From the human T2T-CHM13v2.0 reference genome, Homo sapiens, in the NCBI RefSeq assembly GCF_009914755.1, contig NC_060943.1: DNA of 64,000 nt; one strand, written 5' to 3'. Both the position numbers and the translations under genes were made by a program. The notes below the pieces were generated by a model, which did no database searches, had not been told where the DNA came from, and saw nothing but the letters and a program-made list of their open reading frames with translations. This document shows, one piece after another, positions 1 through 25,732 of this stretch (its first letter is position 1; each line of letters begins with the position of its first letter).

Positions 1-503
1 AGCTCATTGAGAACGGGCCATGATGACGATGGCGGTTTTGTCGAATAGAAAAGGGGGAAATGTGGGGGAAAGATAGAGAAATCAGATTGTTGCTGTGTCT
101 GTGTAGAAAGAAGTAGACATAGGAGACTCCATTTTGTTCTGTAGTAAGAAAAATTCTTCTGCCTTGGGTTGCTGTTGATCTGTGACCTTACCCCCAACCC
201 GGTGCTCTCTGAAACATGTGCTGTGTCCACTCAGGGTTAAATGGATTAAGGGTGGTGCAAGATGTGCTTTGTTAAACAGATGCTTGAAGGCAGCATGCTC
301 GTTAAGAGTCATCACCACTCCCTAATCTCAAGTACCCAGAGACACAAACACTGTGGAAGGCCCCAGGGTCCTCTGCCTAGGAAAACCAGAGACCTTTGTT
401 CACTTGCTTATCTGCTGACCTTCCCTCCACTATTGTCCTATGATCCTGCCAAATCCCCCTCTGTGAGAAACACCCAAGAATGATCAATTAAAAAAAAAAA
501 AAA
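1..503 (+). mobile_element. SVA retrotransposon 3' end (SINE-R plus poly(A)), truncated by the window edge
   Basis: HERV-K env/LTR5-derived SINE-R sequence ending CACCCAAGAATGATCAAT followed by an A tail. Confidence 0.93.
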
Positions 504-531
504 GAAACAGAAGAACTGCTGAAAGCCATTG

Positions 532-1655
<1,124 letters not shown>

Positions 1656-1731
1656 TGAGATCACACCACTGCACTCCAGCCTGGACGACAGAGCAAGACT
1701 ACATCTCAAGAAAAAAAAAAAAAAGTGCTGA

Positions 1732-1923
<192 letters not shown>

Positions 1924-2571
1924 TAGTAGAGACAGGGTTTGGCCACACTGGTCTTGAACTCCTGGCCTCAAGTGATCCTCCCGCTTCTATCTCCCAAAGT
2001 ACTGGGATTACAGGCATGAGCCACCATGCCCAGCCCCAAAAGATTTGTAACCTCAAATAAGTTGAGAAACATGCTCAAGTATCTTAGGGGAAGAGGGATC
2101 AAGTACTCCTTCCATTCATCTTTTTAAAAAACATTGAGCTACCATTCTCCATGAAAGGCATCTGCCATAACCCATGGAGCTGGCAGGGGCAGGGAGCATC
2201 AGCACCAAACCAGAATAGCATCGCAACATAGGAGGCACCTAGCAAGGTGTAGCTGGTGCAAATATACAAAAGAGGAGCCCAATTCTATTGCCAGGGTCCC
2301 TTCTTCAAATCACAGTCACTTGTATGTGCATTAAGAAATGCCCAATTCACATGAACACATGACTCCAGATCCTGGAGAAGAACAGGATAATTACCCCTCT
2401 TCCTGGGATCATGGCTGGTAAGCAGTATCCTGGGGTGCATTATGGGGACTAGCACAGGGTCCAAACTTTATGACAAAGACTCTTGGCCAACACTCGGAAG
2501 GGACAACACAAAGCATGACACAGCAATACACATAAACTCCAACAAGACAGGCAGCCTTCCCAAATGGTACA

Positions 2572-3525
<954 letters not shown>

Positions 3526-4151
3526 ATGGCCAATCAGCAAGCCACAAAAGGACAAAGGGCACTTACAAGAGACTTTCCACCCCAGTTCAAAGTGATCTTC
3601 ACCCTTTTTACCAACTGTGTTGTAAATGGGGCACTAAGTCACTTTTGTGGGATGTTTCAGGATCCCTCCAACACACTCTTGCAATTACACTTTGAGAGGC
3701 TCATGATATTAGATTTATTATACTCATAGATCCTAGAAAGGGAGGCATGCCATGCCATGCAGGGGTCCATGCTGGAGGAGGACCAAAGCAGGAGGCTCTG
3801 ACAAGCATGTAGGGAGCTAAGAGAGAAGCCTCCCTTGAGGGCAACTGCCTTTACTGGGGCTTGGGGTATAGTACTAAAGCAAAAGGCATTAGATTTCATT
3901 GGTGCATTTGAATGTTACTAGGTCATGGTCAGGGGAGGGCCAACAGAAGAACTTGTAGCATAAGTACCTTATCATCCTTGTACATCTGGTCACTTGAGCA
4001 GGGAGCTCACAGCCTGTTTGTTAGAATGCTGAGGCATCAAGAAAATATGAATTTTTTAAAATGTACAATGTATTCAGGGAAGAATGACAATATGGAACCT
4101 GGAACGAAGACATCTGGTTGGATCCAGATAAGAAACATGATCTTAAACCCC

Positions 4152-4575
4152 ACTATGATTTGGATGTGGTCTGTCCCCATCACAACTCCTGTTGAGGCTT
4201 GGTCCTCAATATCACAGCACTGGAAGGAGGGGCCTAATGAGATGTTTGGGTCATGGGGGTAGATCTCACATAAATAGATTAATGCTACCAGGCAGAAGTG
4301 AATTTTAGCTCACACAGGACTGAATTAGTTCCCACAGGAGCTAACTGTTATAAAGCAAGGCTGCTGTTTGTGTTTGGTCCCTTTTGCACAAGCCTGCTTC
4401 CTCTTCTGCCTCTCTACCATGTTTTGCCGCAACACGTGAGCCTCATCAGAAGTAGAGCAGATGCTGGGGCCATGCTCTTAGACTTTCCAACCAGCAGAAT
4501 CCTGAGCCAAAGAAACCTCTTTTCTTTATAAATTACTCAGGTATTATGTCATAGCAACAATAAAGAGACTAACAC
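4152..4575 (+). mobile_element. MaLR LTR (MST family)
   Basis: TATGATTTGGATG start and CTCTTTTCTTTATAAATTAC...GACTAACACA end. Confidence 0.8.
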
Positions 4576-4950
4576 AACCTAAGACACTTTGAGCCTCCCT
4601 TACCAGGGACGTAGCTTACCCTTTGGTTTCTGAGGAGAAAGCCTTCTGCTTGAAATTTTTGTGACAATCTCATTTGGTCCAGATACCTTGGAAGGTAATA
4701 TATATTCTCCTCAAGATCCACACCATTATCACTTATTTTTATCACTAGAGTCCTAACTAGTCCAAAATCCAGGGAGAAAGATATACAACATAATGCAAGA
4801 GAAAAAAGCTCACACAACAAAAAAATTCCAACTCTGATAATATATCACAAGAAACCCAGGGAACATGTATGGGATGGATTCTAAGGGTATTAGATCAAGA
4901 AGGTTAAAATGTTAACATTAGATAGGCCCAAATTCATTGATATGGAGCAC

Positions 4951-6134
4951 TGATATGGTTTGGATCTGTGTCCCCACCAAATCTCATGTGGAACTGTAGT
5001 CCCCAGTGTTGGAGGTGAGGTCTGGTGGGAGATGATTGGATCATGGGGGCAGATTTCTCATGAATGGTTTAGCACCATCTCCTTTGATACTGTCCTCATG
5101 ATCTGGTCATTTAAAAGTGTACAGCACCTCCCCCTCATTCTCCCTTGCTCCTGGCTCCTGCCATATAAGATGTACCTACTCCTGCTTCACCTTCTGCCAT
5201 GACTGGAAGCTTCCAGAGGCCTCCCCAGAGGCAGAAGTCACTATGCTTCCTGTACAGCCTGCAGAACTGTGAGCCAATTAAACTTTTTTTATTCTGCAAT
5301 TTAAAACTTTTAATTAAAAAATAAACTTTAATGTTGAAAATGCAAACTTGGAGAGGGCAGAAAGATCACACACAAGGCTGTCACTTCACACTTGGAGGTT
5401 TGCACAGTGGCTCGACAGAGGTGCTCCTCACTTCCCAGACAGTGGGGCGGCCAGGCAGAGGCGCTCCTCGCTTCCCAGACAGTGCGGCGGCCGGTTAGAG
5501 GCACTCCTCACTTCCTAGACACTGCAGTGGCCAGACAGAGTCGCTCCTCACTTCCCAGACAGGGTGGTGGCCAGGCAGAGGTGCTCCTCACTTCCCAGAC
5601 AGTGTGGTGGCTGAGCAGAGGCGCTCCTCACTTCCCAGACGGTAGGCAGCTGAGCAGAGATGCTCCTCACTTTCCAGACAGTGGGGCTGCCGGGCAGAGG
5701 TGCTCATCACTTGTCAGACAGGGCGGTGGCCAGGCAGAGGTGCTCTTCACTTCCCAGACAGTTGGGTGGCCGGGAACTTCTTTATAAATTACCCAGTCTC
5801 ATGTATTTTTTTTTTTTTGAGACATGTCACCCAGGCTGGAGTGCAGTGGCGTGACCTCGGCTCACCGCAAGCTCCGCCTCCTAGGTTCACACCATTCTCC
5901 TGCCTCAGCCTTCTGAGTAGCTGGGACTACAGGCAGCTGCCACCACGCCCAGCTAATTTTTTTGTATTTTCAGTAGAGACAGGGTTTCACTGTGTTAGCC
6001 AGGATGGTCTCAATCTCCTGACCTCATGATCCGCCCACCTCAGCCTCCCAAAGTGCTGGGATTACAGGTGTGAGCCACTGCACCCGGCCAGTCTCTTGTA
6101 TTTCTTTATAGCAATGTGAGAATAGCCTAATACA
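4951..6134 (+). mobile_element. MaLR LTR (MSTA/MSTB-like) interrupted by SVA2 and an Alu
   Basis: TGATATGGTTTGGATCTGTGTCCCCACC start, TTCTTTATAGCAATGTGAGAATAGCCTAATACA end. Confidence 0.85.
5284..5773 (-). mobile_element. SVA2 element (about 40-bp SVA-type VNTR plus SVA2 unique 3' region and short A tail)
   Basis: About 9 copies of GGCAGAGG(C/T)GCTCCTCACTTCCCAGAC. Minus-strand CCAAGTGTGAAGTGACAGCCTTGTGTGTGATC 3' region. No SINE-R. Flanked by AACTT(T/C)TTT. Confidence 0.82.
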
Positions 6135-6711
6135 GGTACTTACTAGACATTTTGAATTTTACATATTAGCTAATGGACCATGGCATGATTCTAATAGCTA
6201 AACTGGTTGGATGATTGAAACTTGTACTCATGACCTAGTTAACAGAGTTAATATGTAAGAGCTTCCCTGGCTAATGTAAAGGAGGGAATCCTAGACACAC
6301 AGGAAGGTTGCACTGAATTTATCACATGTGATCTGCACAGCTTCCCTTCTTCAACCTACATTAAGGGCCCAGAAGACACCCTCTTCACAAAGGCATTCAG
6401 AAATAGATAACTGAAGGGAATACTTCCATTCTTGAAAAGTTCTGTTTATTCTCCTTTAAACATTTGTTAAGACTACAGGAGATAACAATCATTAAGATGA
6501 GTTCCCTGTTTCAATGGGGATGATGAGAACCTTGAGTGCCAAAAACCAAGTGGGTAGCACTTAACTATCAAAGACAATGAGGCCACATCGAATGTCAAGG
6601 GCACACTGAATGTACCAATAATTGGAATGCTTTGGCCTGCAGAGATTATTGGTGTTAGCAAACTGATCACATTTCGTCCCTAGCATGAAACAGATAAGAA
6701 CCCTACTATAA

Positions 6712-6925
6712 CAGGGATTAATAAATCTTGTTGTAATGTGACATATAGTAAATGTTATACTCTGTGGGCCACACAGTCTCTGTTACAAATACTCAACTCT
6801 GTCCTTGTAGTATGAAAGAAGCCTCAGAAAATATATAAACAAATGAACATAGTTGTTCTGTTCCAATTATAATTTACAAAAACAGCTTGAAGATTAGGTG
6901 TGTCCCATAAGCCACAGTTTGCCAA
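6712..6925. mobile_element. MER58A DNA transposon MITE
   Basis: GGGCCACACAGTCTCTGTTACAAATACTCAACTCTG core and CAGTTTGCCAA end. Confidence 0.75.
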
Positions 6926-7112
6926 TGTAAGTCTTGGAATATTGCTTGATCTATGTAACAAGAAGTCTCAAGTCTAATGGCCAAAAACCTGATAAGAGTC
7001 ACCACAGGGGAGATTCAAAGTCTCTCACCCAATCACCAGACCTAGGTAACACACCACTCAGGATTGTGCAGAAGTCACATCGACTTTGGAGAATTACGGG
7101 GGACTATCATAA

Positions 7113-7475
<363 letters not shown>

Positions 7476-7863
7476 TAATTTTTTTTCTTTTAATCTTTTT
7501 TGGTATAGATGGGATCTCACTATGTTGGCCAGGCTGGTCTCGAACTCCTGGCCTCAAGCAATCTGCCTGCCTTGGCCTCCCAAAGTGTTAGAGTTACAGG
7601 CCTGAGCCACCATGCCCCATCCAATCAACAAAGATTTGTGGGTTCAGTTGTCTAGACCATATCAAGATATCCCCTCCAAGGTGTCATTCCTAGTTAGTGC
7701 TCCCCAAAATTAGGTGCAACACTTGGCAGACCTATAAGATTCTTGGCCAGGCATGGTGGCTCACACCTGTAATCCCAGCACTTTGGGAGGCTGAGGCTGG
7801 CAGATCATGAGGTCAGGAGATTGAGACTATCCTGGCTAACATGGTGAAACCCCATCTCTACTA

Positions 7864-8067
<204 letters not shown>

Positions 8068-8121
8068 TCAACAGTATGGACTTCCATTTACCAAAGCTAA
8101 TGCAGCTAATGCTACTGCTAG

Positions 8122-8313
<192 letters not shown>

Positions 8314-9555
8314 TAGGACTACAGGCATGTATCATCAAGCCTGGCTAATCTGGGTGGTTTTCGTAGGGGGGTTGATTTTTTGTTTTCATAGAGATGGGGT
8401 TTCACCATGTTGCCCAGGTTAGTCTTGAACCAAGGGCATTAATTTCTAGAGTAACCAGGGGAGCCAGCTGGTGGCAAGATGATTACATTGGACCACTCCT
8501 ATCATGAAGGTGACTAAGATTCATCTTCACTGGAATAGACTCGTGTTCTGGATATGGATTTGCCAGAAGCCTAACTAGTAGAGAGGCAAATCCATATAGG
8601 ATTTGTATAGAGGCAGATTTGTACAGAGGAGAGGCAAATCCACTAGGCTTTTGCCTATACAATGCATAATCCATGCACTCACAAAATGCTTTCACTGCAG
8701 TCACAGCATTCACACAATACCATCTTTCATCAAGGAACCCATTTCACTGCAAAGGAAGTGCAACAGTGGGAACATGTCCCTCTCATCAGCTGGTCTCATC
8801 ACACACCCCATCACTCAGAAGCAGCTAGTCTAAATGAAAGGTGAAATAGCTTACTGAAAATTCAGATACAGGGCCAACTGGGAGACAACCTCTGAAAGAA
8901 TGGGATTCTGTTTCACAAGACACAGTGTATGCTCTGAATCAGAGATCACTAGATACTACTATCTCACCACAGTCAGAACAAACAGGCCCAGGAATTGATG
9001 GGTGAAGGCAGAATTAGCTCTAAGACAAAAATTTTGCTTCCAATCCCAGCAATGTAGAGCACTGTAATTTGGAGATCTGAGTCCATAATGGGGAATGCTT
9101 CCCCAGGGGCAACTATTTATTTGGTCCCAATACACTGGAAAGTGAGATTAACATCTGGCCCTTATAAGTTTCATATCCATTAAACCAAGAAGAAAAAGAA
9201 AAATAAGGAGGTGAGAGGGTATAATCTATTAACTGAAGGGATTAATCTCAACTACCAAAGGGAAACTGGGGTACTACTATACAACTGAGGCAAAAAGAAT
9301 GATGTCTAGAACCTCCTAGCACTTCCATACCACTTAGAAAGGTTAACAAAAAATTACCGTAGAAAAAAGGCAGGAAAATGGAGGACCAAGATCCCTTCAG
9401 AAGGAAGGTTTGAGTCACTCCATCAGGTACAGAGCCCAGAGCTGCTGAGTTCTGGCTGAGGGCAAGGAAAATACAAAAAATGTTCATCGAAAAAGTAAAA
9501 CCATGGATAGCAACTATAACTTCAAGATCAATGACAGAAACAACAACTGCAGTAG

Positions 9556-9891
<336 letters not shown>

Positions 9892-10717
9892 TAGTTTCTA
9901 AGCATGTATTTACATAAACCAATCATTCACTTCTGTCTCTTTTCTATTTCTATTTTGTATATAAGTTACTAGAGGTTAAATTTTTAATTTAGTCTTCAGG
10001 TAACAGAATATTCAAGGAGAATATGACTAAATTTCAGTAGAAATTAACATGGCTTCAGGCATGGTGGCTCACACCTGTAATCCCAGCACTTTGGAAGGCC
10101 GAGGTGGGCACATCACCTGAGGTCAGGAGTTCCAGACCAGCCTGGCCAACATGGTGAAACACTGTCTCTACTAAAAATACAAAAATTAGCTGGGCGTGGT
10201 GGTGTGCACCTGTAATCCCAGCTACTTGGAAGCTGAGGCAGGAGAATCACTTGAACCTGGGAGGCGGAGGTTGCAGAGAGCTGAGATCACACCACCACTC
10301 CCAGCCTGGGCGAAAGAGTGAGACTCCATCTCAAAAAAAAAAAAAAAAAAAGAAATTAATATGGCCTGTGATGAGGGGCTGTGCACATTCTCACTTAGGG
10401 GTGAGAAATTCTCCCTTCAATCTTGTTAAGTGGAAATGCAGACTTAACCATTATAAGAGAATCAAAGTGTGTATAGATGGGCACATGTGGATGCTGACTA
10501 GGCAAAACTGTGAACATGCCAGTTACCAAGTTATCCATCTCAGCTCCAAATTCACGATCATATCTGCTAGGAACAAAGGGCTGCATTCCTTAAGCATTTA
10601 TCTTTTAATGGAACATGTTAAGCTTTATCATGTTGCATTAAAAGATGGGAGGGAGGCCAGGTGCAGGGGCTCACCCCTGTAATCCCAGCACTTTGGGAGG
10701 CCAACGTGGGTGGATCA

Positions 10718-11021
<304 letters not shown>

Positions 11022-13525
11022 TCACTTGAACCCGGGAGGCAGAGGTTGTGGTGAGCCAAGGTCACACCACTGCACTCCAGACAGCAATAAGAGTGAAACT
11101 CCGTCTCAAAAAAAAACAAACAAACAAAACAAACAAACAAACAAACAAAAAACCTGCTGGTAGATTCTAGGAGCTGAGCACAGCCTCTAGCAACAGCCAG
11201 CAACAAGTCCTATAACTGCAAGGAAATGAATTTTGCCTATTGACTGAGTGTGGAAATACATTCTGTTATAGGCAGAGGTTGGAGCAAGCCGAGGTTGCAC
11301 CACCGCACTCTAGCCAGAGCAACAGAGCAAGACTCTATCACCAAAAAAAAATAAATAAAAATAAATAATAATAAAATTCTACTGTAGGTTTCAGCTAAGG
11401 CAATTAAACAAGACACAGCATGCTTATCAAATTTGTAAATGGACTATAGAATTTGATGACTGATAGAACTGGATTCAAAATTACTGCCACAGGCTGGAGT
11501 GATACACTGAATAAATAGGATATTTATTTTTAAAAAAGAAATAGAATATACAACACAAGAATTAAACAACACTCATATAAAATGTCTCACACATAAAATA
11601 TAAACCAAAACACTACACTTCTGGCCAGCCACAGTAGTAGCTCACGGCTGCAATCCCAGCACTTTGGGAGGCCAAGGTGGGCCAATCACTTGATGCCAGG
11701 TGTTCAAGACCAGCCTGGCCAACATGATGATACCGCATCTCTACAAAAAAATACCAAAATTAGCCAGGCGTGGTGGTGCATGCCTGTAATCCCATCTACT
11801 TGGGAGGCTGAGGCATGAGAATCACTTGAACCCAGGAGGCGGAGGGTGCAGTGTATTCAGATGGCACCACTGCACTCCAGCCTGGGCAACAGAGCAAGAA
11901 TCTGTCTCAAAAAGTCGGGGGCGGGGAAAGAAAGAAAAGAAAGAAAGAACACTATACTTCTGAAAATATATTTGAGTATTCTTATTTAGGATGAAACTGA
12001 ACAAGACACTGACTTTCTTTTTGAAAACAAGTGGCTTTCAGTTAAAACTAAAATCTATTTTCAGATGTAGCAACAGTAAAACAAACAAACAGAAAAAACA
12101 AACAAAAAACAAACTAAAGTCTGTTCCTTATTTCTCTCCAGAATAATTTTTACACTTTACAATACATCCATTCAGAAACTGCCAAATGGTACAAGACCTA
12201 TGGATGGGAATTTATAATATCCAGCAAAATTAAATGTATATTTGTCCTCTGACCTAAAGTCCAATATTAAAGGTTTAACCTAGTAATACACTTATAAAAA
12301 TGTTAACTACATATAAAGAAGTTCATTTACTGCAGCTTACTCATGGATGCTAAAATAATTAGTAGGAACGTTGCCGGGGAACAAGATATTCTGGGCGTCC
12401 TGCAAGGGATGGTGGCTCATGCTTGTAATCCCAACATTTTCTGAGATTGAGGTGGGAGGATCACTTGAGCCCAGCAGTTCAAGGCTGCAGTGAGCTAGGA
12501 TCGTGACACTGCACTCCACCCTGGGCGACAAAATGAATCTCAAAAACAAAAAACAAAAAACAAAAAAACCCCGCAAATATATATATATTTTTGTATTTTG
12601 TATTTTTAGTAGAGACAGGGATTCACCATCTTGGCCAGGTTGGTAGAGAACTACTGACCTCGTGATCCACCTGCCTCAGCCTCCCAAAGTGCTGGGATTA
12701 TAGGCGTGAGACACCGCACCAGGCCTGGCTTTGGTCTTTTTGACTAAACCTCTTCTGAAATGTGTTCAATAAAAAGCTGAACTTGGAAAAAAAAAAGGTG
12801 GGGGTGGGGGGGACAGGGAGGAAGGCAAGAAAAACAAAAGACAACAAAGAAGATCCTGGCCAGGTGCAGTGGCTCACGCCTGTAATCTCAGCATTTTGGG
12901 AGGCTGAGGCAGGCGGATCACGAGGTCAGGAGATCAAGACCATCCTGGCCAACATGGTGAAACCCCATCTCCACTACAAATACAAAAATTAGCTGGGCGA
13001 GGTGGCACGTGCCTGAAATCCCAGCTACTCAAAAGGCTGAGGCAGGAGAATCGCTTGAACCAGGGAGGCAGAGGTTGCAGTAAGTCGAGATCACACCACT
13101 GCACTCCACCCTGGCGACAGAACGAGACTGTGTCTCAAAAAAAAAATAGAATGAAATCCTGTCATTTTCAACAACGTAGATAGAACTGGAGGACAGTACG
13201 TTAAGTGAAATAAACCAGGCACAGAAACACAAAGTTGGGCGTGGTAAGCGGTGGTTGCAGTGAGCCAATATCATGCCACCGCACTCCAGCCTGGGCAACA
13301 AGGCAACATCCTGCCTCAAAAAAACTCTCAAAAAAAAAAAATCTTGAATAGAGCTCAGATCCAAAAACATTCCGTTATATTTTAGAAGAATTTGGAGAAT
13401 TTTCATTTATTATACATAGTAAATATTAGATAACATTATTATTTTTAATTTTCTTGATGCAAATAGTATTACGGTTTTAGTAAAACAACACTCTTATCAT
13501 TGAGTCAGGCATTACCCACTACTTA

Positions 13526-13822
<297 letters not shown>

Positions 13823-14329
13823 TTACGAGACGGCGAATACACAAAACGCTAAAAAACAGGTGCAGCTACAATGGATATTTATTCGTGGTACTGGATGGTC
13901 AACATACCCATAGGTTTAAGTTTTTTCGAAAAAAAATGCGGGAAAAATACACTTAGTACAGTCATCCTGTTAATGGTAAATTCGATTATTCTAGTATTAG
14001 TGTGTAAACCCTCCATCCTTTCTTCCAGGAAGCCTGGTTATGAAGCTCTTTGGAGACGTACAGAGCTAGGAACTTCAGATGAAAAGAATGGCTGAGTATT
14101 CTTAGGTTTCTTTAGTAGAAAGACTCGCGGTCTACAAACGTTTATATGCACATGCAGAAATACGCACACCCTAGACAACTAAGAAAGCACCTTTCTACCG
14201 GAACGTAATGTGTCAATAAAAAATATACAGGTTTCACAAAGGCAAAATGCCAAAATCTCACATGAAACACTCGTTTGCATAAAAAAGGAAGCAGCTGCCC
14301 CCTTAAACCAACTTTTTCCCAATGCTCAC

Positions 14330-15250
14330 CCGAACACGGTGGAGTCGCCAGGTCCGTGGGGCTACAGGATCTTGGGGACGGAGTCAATCGAACGCGAACG
14401 GCAAAATTCTTTTCCCTCTGAAACACAATTCACAAACGTTGCCTTGGAGACTTATTTTTTAAGGCCTCAGAACGCTTGGACACTTTTGAAGACGGGAACA
14501 CACGGCTGAAAACAGCCCTCGGACGCGCCCATACTGCACTTCCCACCCGGCTCCTCTAGGGGACCGAAGGTCCCAATGGCCTCTTCGACGTGGCCTCACC
14601 CGATGGCTCCGCGACTCCTGCGGACTCCTGTGGAGTGGTCCAGGCCTCTGTAAGGAGGTTCCTCGATTACCCTGGGTCGATTGTGACCTCTGCCACCCCC
14701 CGAAACACCGCCCAACCCACTAGTCCACACGAGCCTCACCAAAGTAGTGAACGACCAGACAACACAAAGGAAAAAGTGGCTCTGAGGAAACAGGCGCCAG
14801 CGACCAAAAGAGAGAACTGGCGCGCCGCAACGTCACTTCCGTTTGGGGCATTGGAAGGGGCGTGGCTCGTTGTGTGGGCAGTTGGACAGGATGGAACTCT
14901 TCAGGATTCTAGTTTCCCTCCGCGTGGGTGCGGAGGTATCAAGGGGTCGGCTCAGTGCCTGGGTGGGCAAGAGAGAAATGGACCCACAGAGAAAGGTGGG
15001 GGTTAAATCAGGGCTGTGGGCGGGGCCCATGCCCGGGGGCGGGGCTGGAGGTGGGACCAGACCCAGCCGGTGGCTTCGGTGGCAGAATGGACCAGGAAGG
15101 CGAAACGTCGGGCGATGGACTCGCCCCTCAGGATGCTCATTAGAAACTTTCCCCACGTTCCTGGACCCCTTTCAGGATTCTCTCCAGTTGATAACCTGCC
15201 AATCCACAAAATGGCCTGCTTCCTGCATTCGATCACGTCTTTAGAACTTT
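14330..15250 (-). promoter_or_regulatory. ZNF560: CpG-rich promoter and non-coding 5' exons of the paralogous neighbouring ZNF gene, most likely ZNF560 (coding exons beyond the left edge)
   Basis: CpG-rich. Overlapping ETS/CRE motif CGGAAGTGACGT (minus, 14830-14841), GC boxes 15018-15044, donors G|GTGAGG (14740) and G|GTGAGC (14330). Colinear homology to the ZNF426 5' region. Symbol rests on known cluster order, not on coding sequence. Confidence 0.72.
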
Positions 15251-15699
15251 ATTTTCTCTTATTTCTTTTTATTTATCTGACCTTGCTAAACTCTAATCAT
15301 TGATTCCTCTGCGTTTTCAGTTATCGATACTTTCTGTAAATATTGCAATTTTTTTCTTTTCTTTCTTTTTTCTTTTCTTTTCTTTTTTTCTTCGAGGTAG
15401 GGTCTGGCTCGGTTGCCAAGGCTGGAATGCAGTGGTAGGAACACGGCTCACTGCAGTCTCCACCTCTCCAGGCTCAAGCCATCCTTCCACCTCAGCCTCC
15501 CGAGTAGCTGGGACCACGGGCGCACCGCACCCGGCTAATTTTTGTATTATTATTATTATCATCATTATTATTATTTTGTAGAGACAGGATCTAACCATGT
15601 TGCCCAGGCTGGTCTGGAACTCCTGGGCTCAAGTGATCTGCCCGCCCTGCACTCCCGAAGTGGGATTACAGGCGTGAGCCATCATGCACCATGCCTGGC

Positions 15700-23925
<8,226 letters not shown>

Positions 23926-24227
23926 TGGAAGAGAAGATGCAACCAGTGACCAAAGAACTAATGTTAGGAGTTTGGCTTTACAAAGAAAATAGCTCCATGT
24001 TATCTTATTTAGAATTGGTAGGTATTTTATTTAGAAAGTATTTTGAAAAGAAAGTAAAAAAGGATATAATCTAGAAAGAAAAGTACAGAAAACTTTACAA
24101 AGAACACTAAATAAAAACGTTTAAAAGGAATTAAAACAGTTCCTTCTCTGAGAATAAATGAAAATGTGAATAAATGGATAGACAATGAAAAGGTGGAAAA
24201 TCTCATGTAATAGTGTTTTTTATCTTC

Positions 24228-24659
24228 TGCCACAGACCCCAGAGGACTGAGCAAAGGAGGATGAACACAGGAATAAAGACAAAGATAAAAAGATCTGTTT
24301 TAAAAGAAGGGGTCAGGGGGCTCCTTGCTTCTAGTGAACAAGGGCCCTGAGCTTCTAGAGCCCTTTGTATTTATTGAGTAAAGGAAATAGGGAGGAGCAG
24401 GTGATCATGAGCCAGTTGCATGATTTAGTGCAGGCCTGCATGTCTGCTTTCCTTGAACAGTAGGCTCCAGATATTCCAGTAGATAACCTCAAGGTGCACA
24501 GTGCCAGGGAGTGATTGCCCTCAGCCTACCTTCTGGTGGCAGGCACAGATGTGAGTTTGCCCACATCCTGCATTCATGATAAACAGTTTGCTGTTTGATC
24601 ATATAGCCTCCAATGGAATGCTGAGTTGGTCATGACCCTCAGGTTTTCAGCTCCCAATA
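24228..24659 (-). mobile_element. HML-6 3' LTR (LTR3)
   Basis: Preceded on the minus strand by the polypurine tract. Roughly 90% identical to the 5' LTR by eye. Confidence 0.92.
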
Positions 24660-25732
24660 TCTCCCCCTTTCTGTTTTTGCATTAATTGAATGAATGTAAA
24701 GCCAGGTTGGGCAGCTCTCATTTTCTGATTGGCAGTCCATCCAATTTTATAGACTATGAACAGAAAACAAAGACAGAACAGCATTATTCCCAGAACTATA
24801 CATGAGATGTTAATGTGGCGCTTTAGATAGGTCCAAGGATTGAGGCTCTCCAGACCTCACTGGAATTTGGTCCAGGCTTCTAAAGAAGGCTGAAACTCTT
24901 GAGTTTGCTTATTTAAACCAATAATTTTGTTTCATAATTCACCAATATCAAAGGCGATATTGGATGTGAAAGCTCCCTGCAAATGGGCTTTCACAAGGTC
25001 CCATGGATACTCACTTTGGTTATATTCTAAGTTGGTTACACAAATATGAGTGTGATTAAAATGACAGCACAATTGCTGTTGCAATTGTAAGCTTTGTACT
25101 TGTTGCCCTAACCATGGAACCATGGATTTCAACATTGCCACTTCAGTTTGTAACTCAGTGTTAATTTTACTCTGAAGTAGCCATATTTTCTTGGTGGTAC
25201 ATGTCTAGTTCTCCACGTACTGAGCTGTTTGAACAGAACTATGCAAAGCTACAGAGGACATTACTACAGAAGTTATTAGTGTGACCAAGGAAATAATAGC
25301 AAAAATTATCATGCCTAAGACTTTACGGGTACAATGAGTAAGCTGAGTTAGAAGTTTCATGAAGTGCAAAGCAGGGGTGGAGGCCCAAGGCTCTGACAGA
25401 TTAACAGGAATCCATATCCCAGGGATGCGACCCATAATTATCAAGGTAGAGATGTGTTTGCAATGTGCTATGATTAATGCAGTGATATAACTGACAAGAT
25501 TTACAGGTCAATTGGGTATTGTTTACCTGGAGCTGGTCCTTCTTAGCTGCCATAAAGACATAAGGATTAAAAACACAAACCGTAAATTTAGTGGTGATAC
25601 TCTTTACAAATGTAACATCAAAACTGTGTCGAGTAGCAGTACTAGTATTAGAGAGTACCCCTACCCAGATAGTACCATTTGTAAATGGGACTGCTGCTTT
25701 CCATATTGTTTCTTGAATTGGACCTTTCCTAC

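Noticed and set aside
5392-5787. Regular 40-bp repeats resembling a CRISPR array or a repeat protein ORF
   Set aside because: Tandem VNTR without unique spacers, in a eukaryotic retroelement (SVA2).
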